From contig CALCIA010000137.1 in assembly GCA_937907435.1 (NCBI GenBank), positions 39,212 through 103,211 of the forward strand: a stretch of 64,000 bases of DNA, read 5' to 3'. The notes beneath the pieces were generated by a model that was not told the origin of the DNA, ran no database searches, and saw only the letters and a program-made list of their open reading frames with translations. Position numbers and translations under genes: made by a program. Shown here one piece after another: positions 16,674 to 25,375 of the stretch. Within the stretch, counting starts at the first letter, position 1; each line of letters opens with the position of its first letter. This stretch comes from an uncultured Actinomycetes bacterium. Lineage in GTDB: Bacteria > Actinomycetota > Thermoleophilia > Solirubrobacterales > 70-9.

Positions 16674-19087
16674 GGTCCCGACGAGGAGTCTGCGCCCGCC
16701 GTCTCGGTAACCGCCGGGAGCCGCGCCCGCTTCAGGAGCAGGGCGTTGACGGCGACGATGAAGCTCGACCCCGACATCGACAGTGCCGCAATCTCCGGGC
16801 GTAGCTCGAGCCCCAGCCAGGGTTGGAACACCCCCGCCGCGATCGGCAGGGCGACCGAGTTGTAGCCGATCGCCCAGCCAAGGTTCTGGTGCATTTTCCG
16901 CAGCGTCGCGCGGCCGATCGCCAGCGCGACCGGGACGTCGAGCGGGTCGGACCGCATCAGGACGACATCGGCGGTCTCGATCGCGACGTCGGTGCCGGCG
17001 CCGATAGCGATCCCGAGGTCGGCCTGGGCCAGGGCGGGGGCGTCGTTGACGCCGTCGCCGACCATCGCCACCTTGCGGCCGCCCTGCTGCAGCTCGCTCA
17101 CCTGCGCGGCCTTGTCGCCCGGCAGCACCTCGGCGATCACCGTGTCGATCCCGAGGCCGTCGGCTATCCGCCTCGCCGTCGCCTCGTTGTCGCCGGTCAA
17201 CATCACGACCTGGACGCCGGCCTCGTGCAGTGCGGCGACCGCGGCGGCGGAGGTCTCGCGAGGTGCGTCGGCGATCCCGATCACCGCCGCACCGCGGCCG
17301 TCGATGCCGACGAGCACGGCGGTCCGACCATCGGCAGCCATTTCGTCGCGGCGCCCGGCGAGGGAGCCGAGGTCGATCCCACGCTGCTCCATCAGCCGGC
17401 GGTTGCCGACCGCGACCGAGCGTCCTTCCACGGTGGCGAGAGCTCCATGGCCGGGCACGTTCTCGAACCCGCGGGGCTCGGCGCCGTCGGCACCCGCAGC
17501 CTCGGCGCGGCGCACGATCGCCGCCGCCAGGGGGTGCTCGGAGGAGCGCTCGACCGCTGCGACGATCCGCAGCAGCTCGGCTTCCCGGAAGCCGTCGCCG
17601 ACGACTACGTCGGTGACCTCGGGTTCGCCCTTGGTGAGCGTCCCGGTCTTGTCCATCACGACGGTGTCGATCCGGGCCGACGTTTCGAGCGCGATCGCGT
17701 TCTTGAAGAGGACGCCGCGTTTGGCGCCGAGGCCGGAGCCGACCATGATCGCCGTCGGCGTCGCCAGTCCGAGCGCGTCGGGGCAGGTGATGACCACCAC
17801 GGTGATCGCGAAGAGGATCGCGGTCGAGGTCGGTTCGGAGCTGAAGATCGCCCAGGCGGCGAAGGTGGCGGCGCCGCCGATCAGGGCGACGAGCACCAGC
17901 CAGAAGGCGGCGCGGTCGGCGAGCTTCTGCCCGGGAGCCTTCGAGTTCTGCGCCTCCTGGACGAGCTTGACGATCTGCGCCAGCGCCGAGTCGGCGCCGA
18001 CCTTGGTCGCCCGCACCCGCAGCGTCCCGTTGGCGTTGATCGTCGCGCCGATCACCTCCGAGCCCACCCCCTTGTGGACGGGCAGGCTCTCCCCGGTCAC
18101 CATCGACTCGTCGACCTCACTCTCGCCGTCGGTGACGACGCCGTCGACGGCGATCTTCGACCCGGGTCTCACCACCAGCAGGTCGCCCACGGCCACCTGC
18201 TCGGTCGGGATCTCGACCTGCTCGCCGTCGCGGAGCACCAGCGCCTTCGAGGGCGCCAGGTCGAGCAGGGTGCGGATCGCGTCGTTGGCGCCGCCGCGGG
18301 CACGCATCTCGAACCAGTGGCCGAGCAGGACGAAGGCGGCGAGGACGCTGGCCGCCTCGTAGAAGACGTCGCCGCCGCCGGTGAGGGTGACGCCGACCGA
18401 GTAGAGCCAGCCGGCCCCGACCCCCACCGCGACCAAGACCATCATGTCCAGGGTGCGCGCGCGTAGCGCCCGCAGCGCGCCGACAAAGAAGATCGAGCAC
18501 GAGTAGAAGATCACCGGCAGGCTGAGGATCAGCGTGAAGACGTCCTCGCGCAGGCCGAACGGCGGCGCGACGTGGAAGCCGAAGACGTCGGCGCCGATCT
18601 TCGACCACAACAGGATCGGCACCGAGAATACGGCGGCGACCAGGAAGCGGTTGCGCATGTCGGCGACCATCGAGGCCATCGACATCTCGCCGTGACCGCC
18701 GTGGCCCATGACCTCGTCGGGCGTGCCCCGCATCTGACCCTCCGGCTCTTGCCGCTCGGCCGGGGCGTGCACGTGCCCAGGCACCATCGCCGCGGCCAGA
18801 GGCGCAGGCGGATCGGGCTCCATCAGCGGATCGCAGACGTGCTCGGGCACCGACTGGCCTGCGCAGTGGTAGCCGCACTCGACGATCCAGTCGCGCAACT
18901 CCTCGACCGAGGCCTGCCCGGGGTCGTAGGTGACCGTGGCGGTCTGGGCGACCGGATTGGCCTCGACCTCGAGGACCCCCGGCCGTCGCCCGACCGCCGA
19001 CTCGACCACCGTCTTCTCCGAGGCTCGCAGCATGCCGCTCGCCTCGAGCACGACGGTCTCGGTCCCGCCGTCGGTCGGCGGACTCAT
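16670..19087 (-). CDS. CopB-like (P1B-3-like) heavy-metal P-type ATPase with CPD motif
   Basis: Degenerate HMA without CxxC ([10 protein letters not shown]). His/Met-rich stretch [38 protein letters not shown] (codon GAC verified on the DNA), [17 protein letters not shown]. Start set at ATG 19087. Confidence 0.9.
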   Translation of the reverse strand: MSPPTDGGTETVVLEASGMLRASEKTVVESAVGRRPGVLEVEANPVAQTATVTYDPGQASVEELRDWIVECGYHCAGQSVPEHVCDPLMEPDPPAPLAAAMVPGHVHAPAERQEPEGQMRGTPDEVMGHGGHGEMSMASMVADMRNRFLVAAVFSVPILLWSKIGADVFGFHVAPPFGLREDVFTLILSLPVIFYSCSIFFVGALRALRARTLDMMVLVAVGVGAGWLYSVGVTLTGGGDVFYEAASVLAAFVLLGHWFEMRARGGANDAIRTLLDLAPSKALVLRDGEQVEIPTEQVAVGDLLVVRPGSKIAVDGVVTDGESEVDESMVTGESLPVHKGVGSEVIGATINANGTLRVRATKVGADSALAQIVKLVQEAQNSKAPGQKLADRAAFWLVLVALIGGAATFAAWAIFSSEPTSTAILFAITVVVITCPDALGLATPTAIMVGSGLGAKRGVLFKNAIALETSARIDTVVMDKTGTLTKGEPEVTDVVVGDGFREAELLRIVAAVERSSEHPLAAAIVRRAEAAGADGAEPRGFENVPGHGALATVEGRSVAVGNRRLMEQRGIDLGSLAGRRDEMAADGRTAVLVGIDGRGAAVIGIADAPRETSAAAVAALHEAGVQVVMLTGDNEATARRIADGLGIDTVIAEVLPGDKAAQVSELQQGGRKVAMVGDGVNDAPALAQADLGIAIGAGTDVAIETADVVLMRSDPLDVPVALAIGRATLRKMHQNLGWAIGYNSVALPIAAGVFQPWLGLELRPEIAALSMSGSSFIVAVNALLLKRARLPAVTETAGADSSSGP

Positions 19088-19224
19088 GTAACGGCTCCAC
19101 GATCCACGCGGCTCACGTCCCCGAGCATCGCAGCCGTTTCGCTTCGCGGCATCGCCCCATGGTCCCGAGGCCGTCCCCATGGGAGGCTTGCGGCGGCGTG
19201 GCCCATGGACGAGACAAAAGCTCC

Positions 19225-19245
19225 ATAACTACATTATGTAGGAGC
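19225..19245. promoter_or_regulatory. palindromic operator site S2
   Basis: ATAACTACattatGTAGGAGC. 17 nt are identical to S16. On the minus strand CATAAT forms a -10-like box and an ATG lies 2 nt after the GTAG half. Confidence 0.7.
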
Positions 19246-19293
19246 ACGGGGCGCCGACCACCCTGGCGCCCCGTGCTAGTGGTCACTCGTCCG

Positions 19294-20181
19294 CTATTCC
19301 ACTTCGACGGTGAAGGGCGCGGTATGGACTGCGCCTTCGGCCCTGAACTGCAGGAAGAGGCGGTAGGTCCCGGCGGTCGGGAACTCCGCGTCGAAGGTGA
19401 TCGTCCCCGCCCGTCGGTCGTCGGCGACTGGGTGGATGTGGGAGTAGGCGAGGTCCGGCTTCCGCAGGGCGACGAGGTGCCCATAGGTACCGAGGTATGG
19501 CTGCAGGTCGGTCACCGGCCTACCCGAGCGCATCACCGCGAACGTCAACTGCTCCTCGCGGTCGGACTGAAGCGCACCGTGGGCGGACATCACCGAGTAG
19601 CCGTCGACGCTCGACATCGAGCTCGGCGCCGGCAACGGCACCCGCTTCACCTTGCCCGGCACCGTGATGTCGACACCGAGGGGATAGCGCTTGCCCCCGG
19701 TCGTGAAGTCGGCGATCACGCGGTAGCGGCCCGGCTGCGCGAGCGTGACGGGGACGACGAAGTCGCCGTCTGGCTTCAACACCGGATGAAGGTGCTGATA
19801 GCCGGTGAAGTCGTCACGGACGACGATCAGGTGCATCAATTTGGTCTGGTCGCGTTCGAAGCTGGTGACCGGCTTGGCTTCCTCGTCCAGCACCCGCAGG
19901 GTCCAGGTCTCCGGTTGCCCTGCCGCCGGGGTCGTCGCGTCGAGCTCCAGTCTTAGCCCGTCGGCGCTTGCCCTGGTGCCGTCGGCACCGGGTGCAAGCG
20001 GCGCCATGCCCTGCATCTGCATCCCCGTCATCGACTTTTGGCCCTGCATCGCTTCTCCGGGTGCCATCGACATGCCACCCATCGCCGATCCACCCGATGC
20101 GCTCCTGAGCGACGACACGAGCAGTACCGCGATGACCAGCGCGGCACCCGCGGCGACGAGAGCGATCTTTTTAAAGTTCAT
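19294..20181 (-). CDS. secreted Met-rich protein with two Ig-like (FixH/YtkA-like) putative metal-binding domains
   Basis: Signal anchor, then a Met-rich linker (GGSAMGGMSMAPGEAMQGQKSMTGMQMQGM). Two repeats follow, each with MHLIVVRDDFTGYQHLHP / GHLVALRKPDLAYSHIHP. GGAGG SD before ATG 20181. Confidence 0.75.
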   Translation of the reverse strand: MNFKKIALVAAGAALVIAVLLVSSLRSASGGSAMGGMSMAPGEAMQGQKSMTGMQMQGMAPLAPGADGTRASADGLRLELDATTPAAGQPETWTLRVLDEEAKPVTSFERDQTKLMHLIVVRDDFTGYQHLHPVLKPDGDFVVPVTLAQPGRYRVIADFTTGGKRYPLGVDITVPGKVKRVPLPAPSSMSSVDGYSVMSAHGALQSDREEQLTFAVMRSGRPVTDLQPYLGTYGHLVALRKPDLAYSHIHPVADDRRAGTITFDAEFPTAGTYRLFLQFRAEGAVHTAPFTVEVE

Positions 20182-20293
20182 CAGTACCTCCATCTATCGC
20201 GTTCGGCACGCCCGCACCTCGATACGGGCGCTCTTCGCCGGCCGGTGAGGGCGGCGGGACTGCGCGCGGCTCGACCGAGCCGCGCGGAAGCGA

Positions 20294-20590
20294 TCAACGT
20301 CTGAGGACGACCATGCCGGGACGGGGGCCGGCGCGTGCCGGGACGGACGCGACGGGAAGGGTGAGAGCGGAGAGGATCGGGCGCACGTACCGGGCGAAAA
20401 GGGGTCGCGGCCTCGCCCTGGCGGCCAGGACCGCGAAGCCCGCGGCACCGCCGAGCACGGCGAGGCATATCGCGGCCATTCCCATCCCGTGCCCGTCTTC
20501 GGGCATGCCGTGGTGAACGAGCGTGACGCCACCGAGGAAGACGAGCACCAGGAGCAGCGCCAGTCGGCTTCTACTGCCGCGCGAGCTCAC
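20294..20590 (-). CDS. small 2-TM His/Met-rich membrane protein (paralog 2 of 3)
   Basis: LALLLVLVFLGGVTLVHHGMPEDGHGMGMAAICLAVLGGAAGFAVL...ARAGPRPGMVVLRR. GTG at 20590 lies one base after the upstream stop. Confidence 0.6.
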   Translation of the reverse strand: MSSRGSRSRLALLLVLVFLGGVTLVHHGMPEDGHGMGMAAICLAVLGGAAGFAVLAARARPRPLFARYVRPILSALTLPVASVPARAGPRPGMVVLRR

Positions 20591-20591
20591 G

Positions 20592-21122
20592 TCAGGCCGC
20601 TGAGTCGGGAGAGACCGGGATGGCGCAGGCACGTCGCGCGCCACGCAGGCGGACGAACAGCGCGGCGCCGGCCATCATCAGCCCCGCCGCGCCGAGGAAG
20701 GGCTGCATCGGGGCAAAGTAGTTGAAGGCGCCGGAGACGCCGAGCAGCGCGACCACGAGCTTGTTGCAGACCGGACAGCCGACGGCGAGCAGGCCGAGGA
20801 ATCCGCTGCCGGCGCTCGCGGCCGCGATCCGGTCGCGGGTCTCACGCGGCAGCACGTAGGTAGCCAGCAGGATCCCGGTCATGATGCTGCTACCGACCCA
20901 GAAGAAATAGTTGCCGGTTTCGGCGGGGATCATCCGCACGAACCAGGGATTGGGGACGATGTCGGTCGGGATCCCGAGCGCAAGCGCGACCAGGGCGATG
21001 CCGAGGATGGCGGTGATCAGAAAGCGTGGGCCCAGCAGCGAGAACAGCGTGGGCCGCTCATCGAATGGTTCCGTGGGTGTGGTGAAGGCTTCCATCGTGC
21101 GGGAAAGCGGGTCTGTGACCAC
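20592..21122 (-). CDS. 4-TM membrane protein with intramembrane CPVC motif
   Basis: 176 aa with hydrophobic helices. GLLAVGCPVCNKLVVALLGVSG. Start ambiguous (GTG 21122 or ATG 21095). Confidence 0.6.
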   Translation of the reverse strand: MVTDPLSRTMEAFTTPTEPFDERPTLFSLLGPRFLITAILGIALVALALGIPTDIVPNPWFVRMIPAETGNYFFWVGSSIMTGILLATYVLPRETRDRIAAASAGSGFLGLLAVGCPVCNKLVVALLGVSGAFNYFAPMQPFLGAAGLMMAGAALFVRLRGARRACAIPVSPDSAA

Positions 21123-21142
21123 ATCCTACAGACCGTAGGAAG
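21122..21142. promoter_or_regulatory. palindromic operator site S3
   Basis: CATCCTACagaccGTAGGAAG (perfect TCCTAC-N5-GTAGGA). Abuts the start of the CPVC membrane protein gene. Confidence 0.7.
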
Positions 21143-21171
21143 CTGGTGGAGGCGAGCCGCTCGCCTGGCCG

Positions 21172-22134
21172 TCAGCCCTGGCAGGAGTGCGAGCCGCCCG
21201 CCGCAGCGACCGAGGCGACCCCGTCCCGGGCAAGGGCCGGGGTCGCGGCCGCCGTCAGGACGACCAGCGCGACAAGGCTGACGACGAGGGCACGGCCTGA
21301 GAGCTCCACCCAGGCCCGGGGGCGGGCTTTGGTGCGGTCGAGCAGGAAGCGCAGCCGCGCAGCCGTTCCGACCCCGGCAAGGCCGGCAAGCGCCGGACTG
21401 GTCGGCGGTTGGCCTGCGGCGGCTTTGCAGATCGCGCTCGCCAGGGCGACCGGATCGCCGACCCGGCCCACCGCGTACTCGTCGGCGTCGCGCTCGAGGC
21501 AGAACCGGAGCCTTCCGAGCGCGTCGTTGCTGCCGGGAAGCACCCGCGCCAGGGCGAAGGCCACGCTTCCCGCCAAGGCCAGGTAGGGGTGTCGGTGGGC
21601 GATGTGGCCGCGCTCGTGCTCGAGCCCGGCCGCCAGCTCCCCTTCGTCGAGCTTCGCCAGGGCACCGGTGGAGACGATGATCCTGGCGTCGCGGATGCCG
21701 GCGGCGGCGACGACGACATCGGGGCCGCCGATGATCAGGCTCTGGCGGGGTCCCTCGCCGAGGCAGTTGCGGTGAAGCCAACGACGCACGGTGCGGGCGG
21801 TGCGCCAGACGGCGAACACGGCCCAGATCAGCGAGAGGCCGAGGACGAGACCTGGGAGCAGGGTGGCAGCGTCCCCGAGCCGATGGCCCGAGAAGCCCAG
21901 GTGGGTCGCGAAGAAGGGGAGGACCGCGTGGATGCACCAGTGGGTGGTGAGTTGGAAGAGCTGGGTCGCCGGAAGGTAGAGGACGAGGACCAGGGCGCCG
22001 ACGACGACAAGAAGGGCGCGCAGGACGAGCACCGATAACCAGATCGCGGCACCCGTCAGCGGCGTGAGCGCGTCGCGGGGAAGAAGATAGGGAACGGCCG
22101 TCCCGAGCAGGAGCAGGCCGGCGAGGACGATCAT
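21172..22134 (-). CDS. M56 family (BlaR1/MecR1-like) membrane metalloprotease, no sensor domain (pair 1)
   Basis: N-terminal TM helices, HERGHIAHRHP (HExxH), 320 aa with no penicillin-binding domain. Start overlaps the BlaI-like stop (ATGA). Confidence 0.85.
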   Translation of the reverse strand: MIVLAGLLLLGTAVPYLLPRDALTPLTGAAIWLSVLVLRALLVVVGALVLVLYLPATQLFQLTTHWCIHAVLPFFATHLGFSGHRLGDAATLLPGLVLGLSLIWAVFAVWRTARTVRRWLHRNCLGEGPRQSLIIGGPDVVVAAAGIRDARIIVSTGALAKLDEGELAAGLEHERGHIAHRHPYLALAGSVAFALARVLPGSNDALGRLRFCLERDADEYAVGRVGDPVALASAICKAAAGQPPTSPALAGLAGVGTAARLRFLLDRTKARPRAWVELSGRALVVSLVALVVLTAAATPALARDGVASVAAAGGSHSCQG

Positions 22135-22535
22135 CTCGACTTCTTGCCGCCGCGCCTCGCCGCCACCTCGCGGGCGAGCGCCTCGATCTCGTCGAGCTCA
22201 CCCGGGTCCATGTCACCGACGAGGTGGGCCAGCGCCGTACGGCGGGCGCCGTCGGAGGCCGACGCCAAGGTCTCCTGCACCGAGCGCGAGTAGTAGTCGC
22301 CCTCGCTGACCTTCGTCGCGTAGAAGATCGCCTTGCCCTGGCGCTGGCGGACCAGCAGGCCACGCTCGGCAAGGCGGTTGAGCACGGTCTGCACGGTCGT
22401 ATAGGCGCCGCGTTGGCGGTCGGGAAGCTCGTTGCGGACATCGTCGACGCTGGCCGCCCGACCGAGCCGCCAGAGCGCCCTCATCACCTCGATCTGCAAC
22501 TCGCCCTGTAGCTGGACTGCGGTTTCGCGGGCCAT
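22131..22535 (-). CDS. BlaI/MecI/CopY family winged-helix repressor (pair 1)
   Basis: LQIEVMRALWRLGRAASVDDVRNEL...AYTTVQTVLNRLAERGLLVRQRQGKAIFYATKV. Start set at ATG 22535. Confidence 0.85.
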   Translation of the reverse strand: MARETAVQLQGELQIEVMRALWRLGRAASVDDVRNELPDRQRGAYTTVQTVLNRLAERGLLVRQRQGKAIFYATKVSEGDYYSRSVQETLASASDGARRTALAHLVGDMDPGELDEIEALAREVAARRGGKKSR

Positions 22536-22541
22536 CGTCAG

Positions 22542-22562
22542 AAGCCTACATGGCGTCGGGAC
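22542..22562. promoter_or_regulatory. palindromic operator site S4 (autoregulatory position)
   Basis: AAGCCTACatggcGTCGGGAC. On the minus strand it reads GTAGGCTTctgacgATG, i.e. TAGGCT -10-like box 7 nt before the BlaI-like start. Confidence 0.5.
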
Positions 22563-22639
22563 GCCTTCCTCCTGACGCCATGTCGTCGGCCGCAACACAG
22601 GTTGCAGGTGTCAGCCGCGGAACCCGTCACCCAAGGTAG

Positions 22640-22660
22640 GTTCCTACAGTGTGTAGGGAT
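22640..22660. promoter_or_regulatory. palindromic operator site S5
   Basis: GTTCCTACagtgtGTAGGGAT. 66 nt upstream of the M23/cyclase operon. Confidence 0.7.
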
Positions 22661-22725
22661 TGAGCCACCGGGTGTGCCGTTGTCGTCCGGGCAGCGGCAT
22701 ACCCGGTGGCTTGATCGTCCCTCCG

Positions 22726-23943
22726 ATGCCGCCCGAAAACGACAGACGAACGCCGGCCCTGGCGGCGATCGCGTTCGCCCTCCTGCTCGGCGGCGCGGTG
22801 ATCGTCTCGGCAATCGCCTATTCGCCTGTCGCCAGCGCGACCACCCGGTCCCGGCTCGAAAGCGCGCAGGCCAAGCTCGAAAAGACCGAAGAACGCGAAG
22901 GGGTCCTGACCACCACCCTGTCCCGCTTCGACGACCGGATCGCGGGCCTGGAACGACGGACCGCGGCGTTGCGCGGACGCGAGGCGGCGGTCGGTGAAGA
23001 GCTCGCGGCAAGACAGGCGGAACTGGAAGGCGCCGAAGCCGCCGTCGGACAGGCAAGGCACCACCTCGAGGTGGTGCGCGGCCGGCTGAAGCGGGCGCTG
23101 ATCGTCCTGCGGGACCGGCTCGTGGCGATCTATGAGAACGGGAGCCCGGACATCGTCAGCATCCTGGTCTCCTCCGGCGACATGTCGGAACTGGCCGCCA
23201 CGAGCGAATACGTCTCCCGGATCCAGAGCGCCGACGAAGCGGTCGTCGACCGCGTCCGCTCGCTGCGTGATCAGGCGAGCCGCACGACGCTGCGGCTGGA
23301 GGGCGCAGCGACACAGATCGAAGCCGCGCGCGACCAGATCGCCGCGCGTGAGCACGAACTTGCCCAGGCGCGGGCATCCGTCGAGGCCCGTCAAGGGGAA
23401 CTGGTCGCCACCCGCGCCGACCGTCAGAGCACGCTCGATCAGGTGGAAGTCGAGGCCGACCACTTCGGCGCCAACGTGCGGGCGCTGCAACAGAAGATCG
23501 CCGAAGAAATCACCCAGGCATCCTCGTCGGTGCCATTGCCCGCGGGACCGGCGGCGGGCGGGATCAGCTCCAGCGGCCTGATCTGGCCGGTGGAAGGGGT
23601 GATCACCTCCGGGTTCGGGCCGCGCTGGGGCAGCTTCCACCCCGGCATCGACATCGGGGTGCCGGAAGGGACGCCGATCAAGGCCGCGGCGTCGGGCACG
23701 GTCGTCCTCCTGCAATCGGAGGCCGAAAGCGGCGGCTACGGCAACTACACCTGTATCGACCACGGCGGGGGGCTCTCGACCTGCTACGCCCACCAGACGG
23801 AATTCGCGACCTCGCTGGGCGCAAGCGTGAGCCAGGGTGAAGTGATCGGATATGTCGGCAACACCGGCTTCAGCACCGGCCCACACCTTCATTTCGAGGT
23901 CCGCGTCGAAGGCGAACCGCAAGACCCGCTCGGCTACCTCTAG
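22726..23943 (+). CDS. coiled-coil M23 family peptidoglycan metalloendopeptidase (paralog of 2004..3170)
   Basis: Signal anchor, coiled coil, WPVEGVITSGFGPRWGSFHPGIDIG...GNYTCIDH...GNTGFSTGPHLHFEV. Start set at ATG 22726. Confidence 0.9.
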   Translation: MPPENDRRTPALAAIAFALLLGGAVIVSAIAYSPVASATTRSRLESAQAKLEKTEEREGVLTTTLSRFDDRIAGLERRTAALRGREAAVGEELAARQAELEGAEAAVGQARHHLEVVRGRLKRALIVLRDRLVAIYENGSPDIVSILVSSGDMSELAATSEYVSRIQSADEAVVDRVRSLRDQASRTTLRLEGAATQIEAARDQIAAREHELAQARASVEARQGELVATRADRQSTLDQVEVEADHFGANVRALQQKIAEEITQASSSVPLPAGPAAGGISSSGLIWPVEGVITSGFGPRWGSFHPGIDIGVPEGTPIKAAASGTVVLLQSEAESGGYGNYTCIDHGGGLSTCYAHQTEFATSLGASVSQGEVIGYVGNTGFSTGPHLHFEVRVEGEPQDPLGYL

Positions 23944-23948
23944 TCACC

Positions 23949-24623
23949 GTGACCGATCAAACGTTCATCTTCGCCGACATGTCGGGCTTCGCGGCGTTGA
24001 CCGAGGCGCACGGGGACGAGGCGGCGGCCGACCTGGCCGCCGACTTCTCCGCCGCGGTACGGCCGCGGCTGGAAAGGCGCGAGGCCGAGGAGGTGAAGAG
24101 CATCGGCGATGCACTGATGATCCGCGGCGAGGACGCGGGCGAATCGATCGGCCTCGGCCTGGAAATCGTCCACGAGGTCGGCGGCCAGCACCGTTTCCCG
24201 ACGATCCGAGTCGGTATGCATACCGGGCCCGCGACCGAGCGAGAGGGCGATTGGTTCGGCTCCACCGTCAATCTTGCCGCGCGGATCGCCGGGGAGGCCG
24301 CCGGTGGCGAGGTGCTGGTATCGGAGTCCACGCGCTCGGCCCTGGCGCGCCCGGAGCGGTTCAACTTCCGCGAGCGCGGGCGTGTCCATCTACGGAACAT
24401 CTCCGAGCCGGCCCTGCTGTTCTCGGTGCTACGGCGGGGTCTGCTGGCGACCGGCGATCTGCCCCTCGATCCGGTCTGCCGCATGGCCATCGATCCGGAG
24501 GGCTCGGCCGGCTCGCTCGAGCACCGCGGCACGGCTTACATCTTCTGTTCGCTCGCCTGCGCGGAGCGCTTCGCCGCCGACCCCGAGCTCTTCGCCGGTA
24601 GGCCCGGCGCCGAGCACGGCTGA
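23949..24623 (+). CDS. class III adenylate/guanylate cyclase domain fused to a C-terminal YHS (TRASH-type) metal-binding domain
   Basis: FIFADMSGFAALTE, KSIGDALM, VGMHTGPA, TVNLAARI (cyclase motifs). Then DPVCRMAID...GTAYIFCSLACAERFAADPELF (YHS). Confidence 0.85.
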   Translation: MTDQTFIFADMSGFAALTEAHGDEAAADLAADFSAAVRPRLERREAEEVKSIGDALMIRGEDAGESIGLGLEIVHEVGGQHRFPTIRVGMHTGPATEREGDWFGSTVNLAARIAGEAAGGEVLVSESTRSALARPERFNFRERGRVHLRNISEPALLFSVLRRGLLATGDLPLDPVCRMAIDPEGSAGSLEHRGTAYIFCSLACAERFAADPELFAGRPGAEHG

Positions 24624-24647
24624 GCCCACGTCTCGGCTTCGAGAGTC

Positions 24648-24679
24648 GTGGCCGGCCCCGATTGGGCGAGGCCGGCCAC
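24648..24679. terminator. 10-bp-stem hairpin between convergent genes
   Basis: GTGGCCGGCC-N12-GGCCGGCCAC between the cyclase-YHS gene (+) and DUF305 gene (-). Confidence 0.4.
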
Positions 24680-24686
24680 GCGCGGG

Positions 24687-25298
24687 TCAACCCTTCGGGA
24701 CGCCACCCGCCGGCGACGGCGCGCCGTACCACTCGGTGCGCCACGTGTTCATCTCGCGGATCTCCTTCGCCTGGGCGCGGACGATCCCCCTGGCGAGGCT
24801 CCGCAACTGCCCGTCGGCGCCGCGCTTCAGCTCGACACGGGCCATCCGGATCGCCCCCTGATGATGGGGGATCATCATGTCGATGAACTCTCGGTCGAAG
24901 GGTTTCGCGCCGTCGAGGTCGCCCATTTCCATATCCATGCCGGCCTGCTTCATCGTCAGGCCGAGGGTGTCGAGGCCTTCCATCATCGCCATGTGATCGC
25001 CGGTGCTGACGGGCTTCACGCCGAGGCTCCTGGCGATCTTCTTCAGCTGGACGATCTCTTCAGACTGTGCTTTGACGATCGCCCTCGCGGTCGACTTGAT
25101 CTGGCCGTGTTCGGCCTGATCGATCGCCATCCGGGCCATTTCGATGGCCATCTCGTGGTGCATCGGCATCTCGCTCACGAATGCCTTGTCGGTCGCATTG
25201 GCGGCGGGGGCGGCGGAAGCGCTAGTGGCTCCGAGGCCGGCCAGGACGGCCAGGGCCAGGACGGCCGCGAGCAGGGCCCGTCTCTTGATCTGCTTCAT
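24687..25298 (-). CDS. DUF305 secreted protein (copy 2)
   Basis: Signal peptide. FVSEMPMHHEMAIEMA and FIDMMIPHHQGAIRMA repeats. Tail WYGAPSPAGGVPKG resembles that of copy 1. Confidence 0.85.
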   Translation of the reverse strand: MKQIKRRALLAAVLALAVLAGLGATSASAAPAANATDKAFVSEMPMHHEMAIEMARMAIDQAEHGQIKSTARAIVKAQSEEIVQLKKIARSLGVKPVSTGDHMAMMEGLDTLGLTMKQAGMDMEMGDLDGAKPFDREFIDMMIPHHQGAIRMARVELKRGADGQLRSLARGIVRAQAKEIREMNTWRTEWYGAPSPAGGVPKG

Positions 25299-25375
25299 CG
25301 GTGGATCTCCTTTGTCTTGAGTCGGTGCAGGCGAGTGCTACCCCGGTCAGGCCGGGGTAGCCGTGACGCCGTCGA

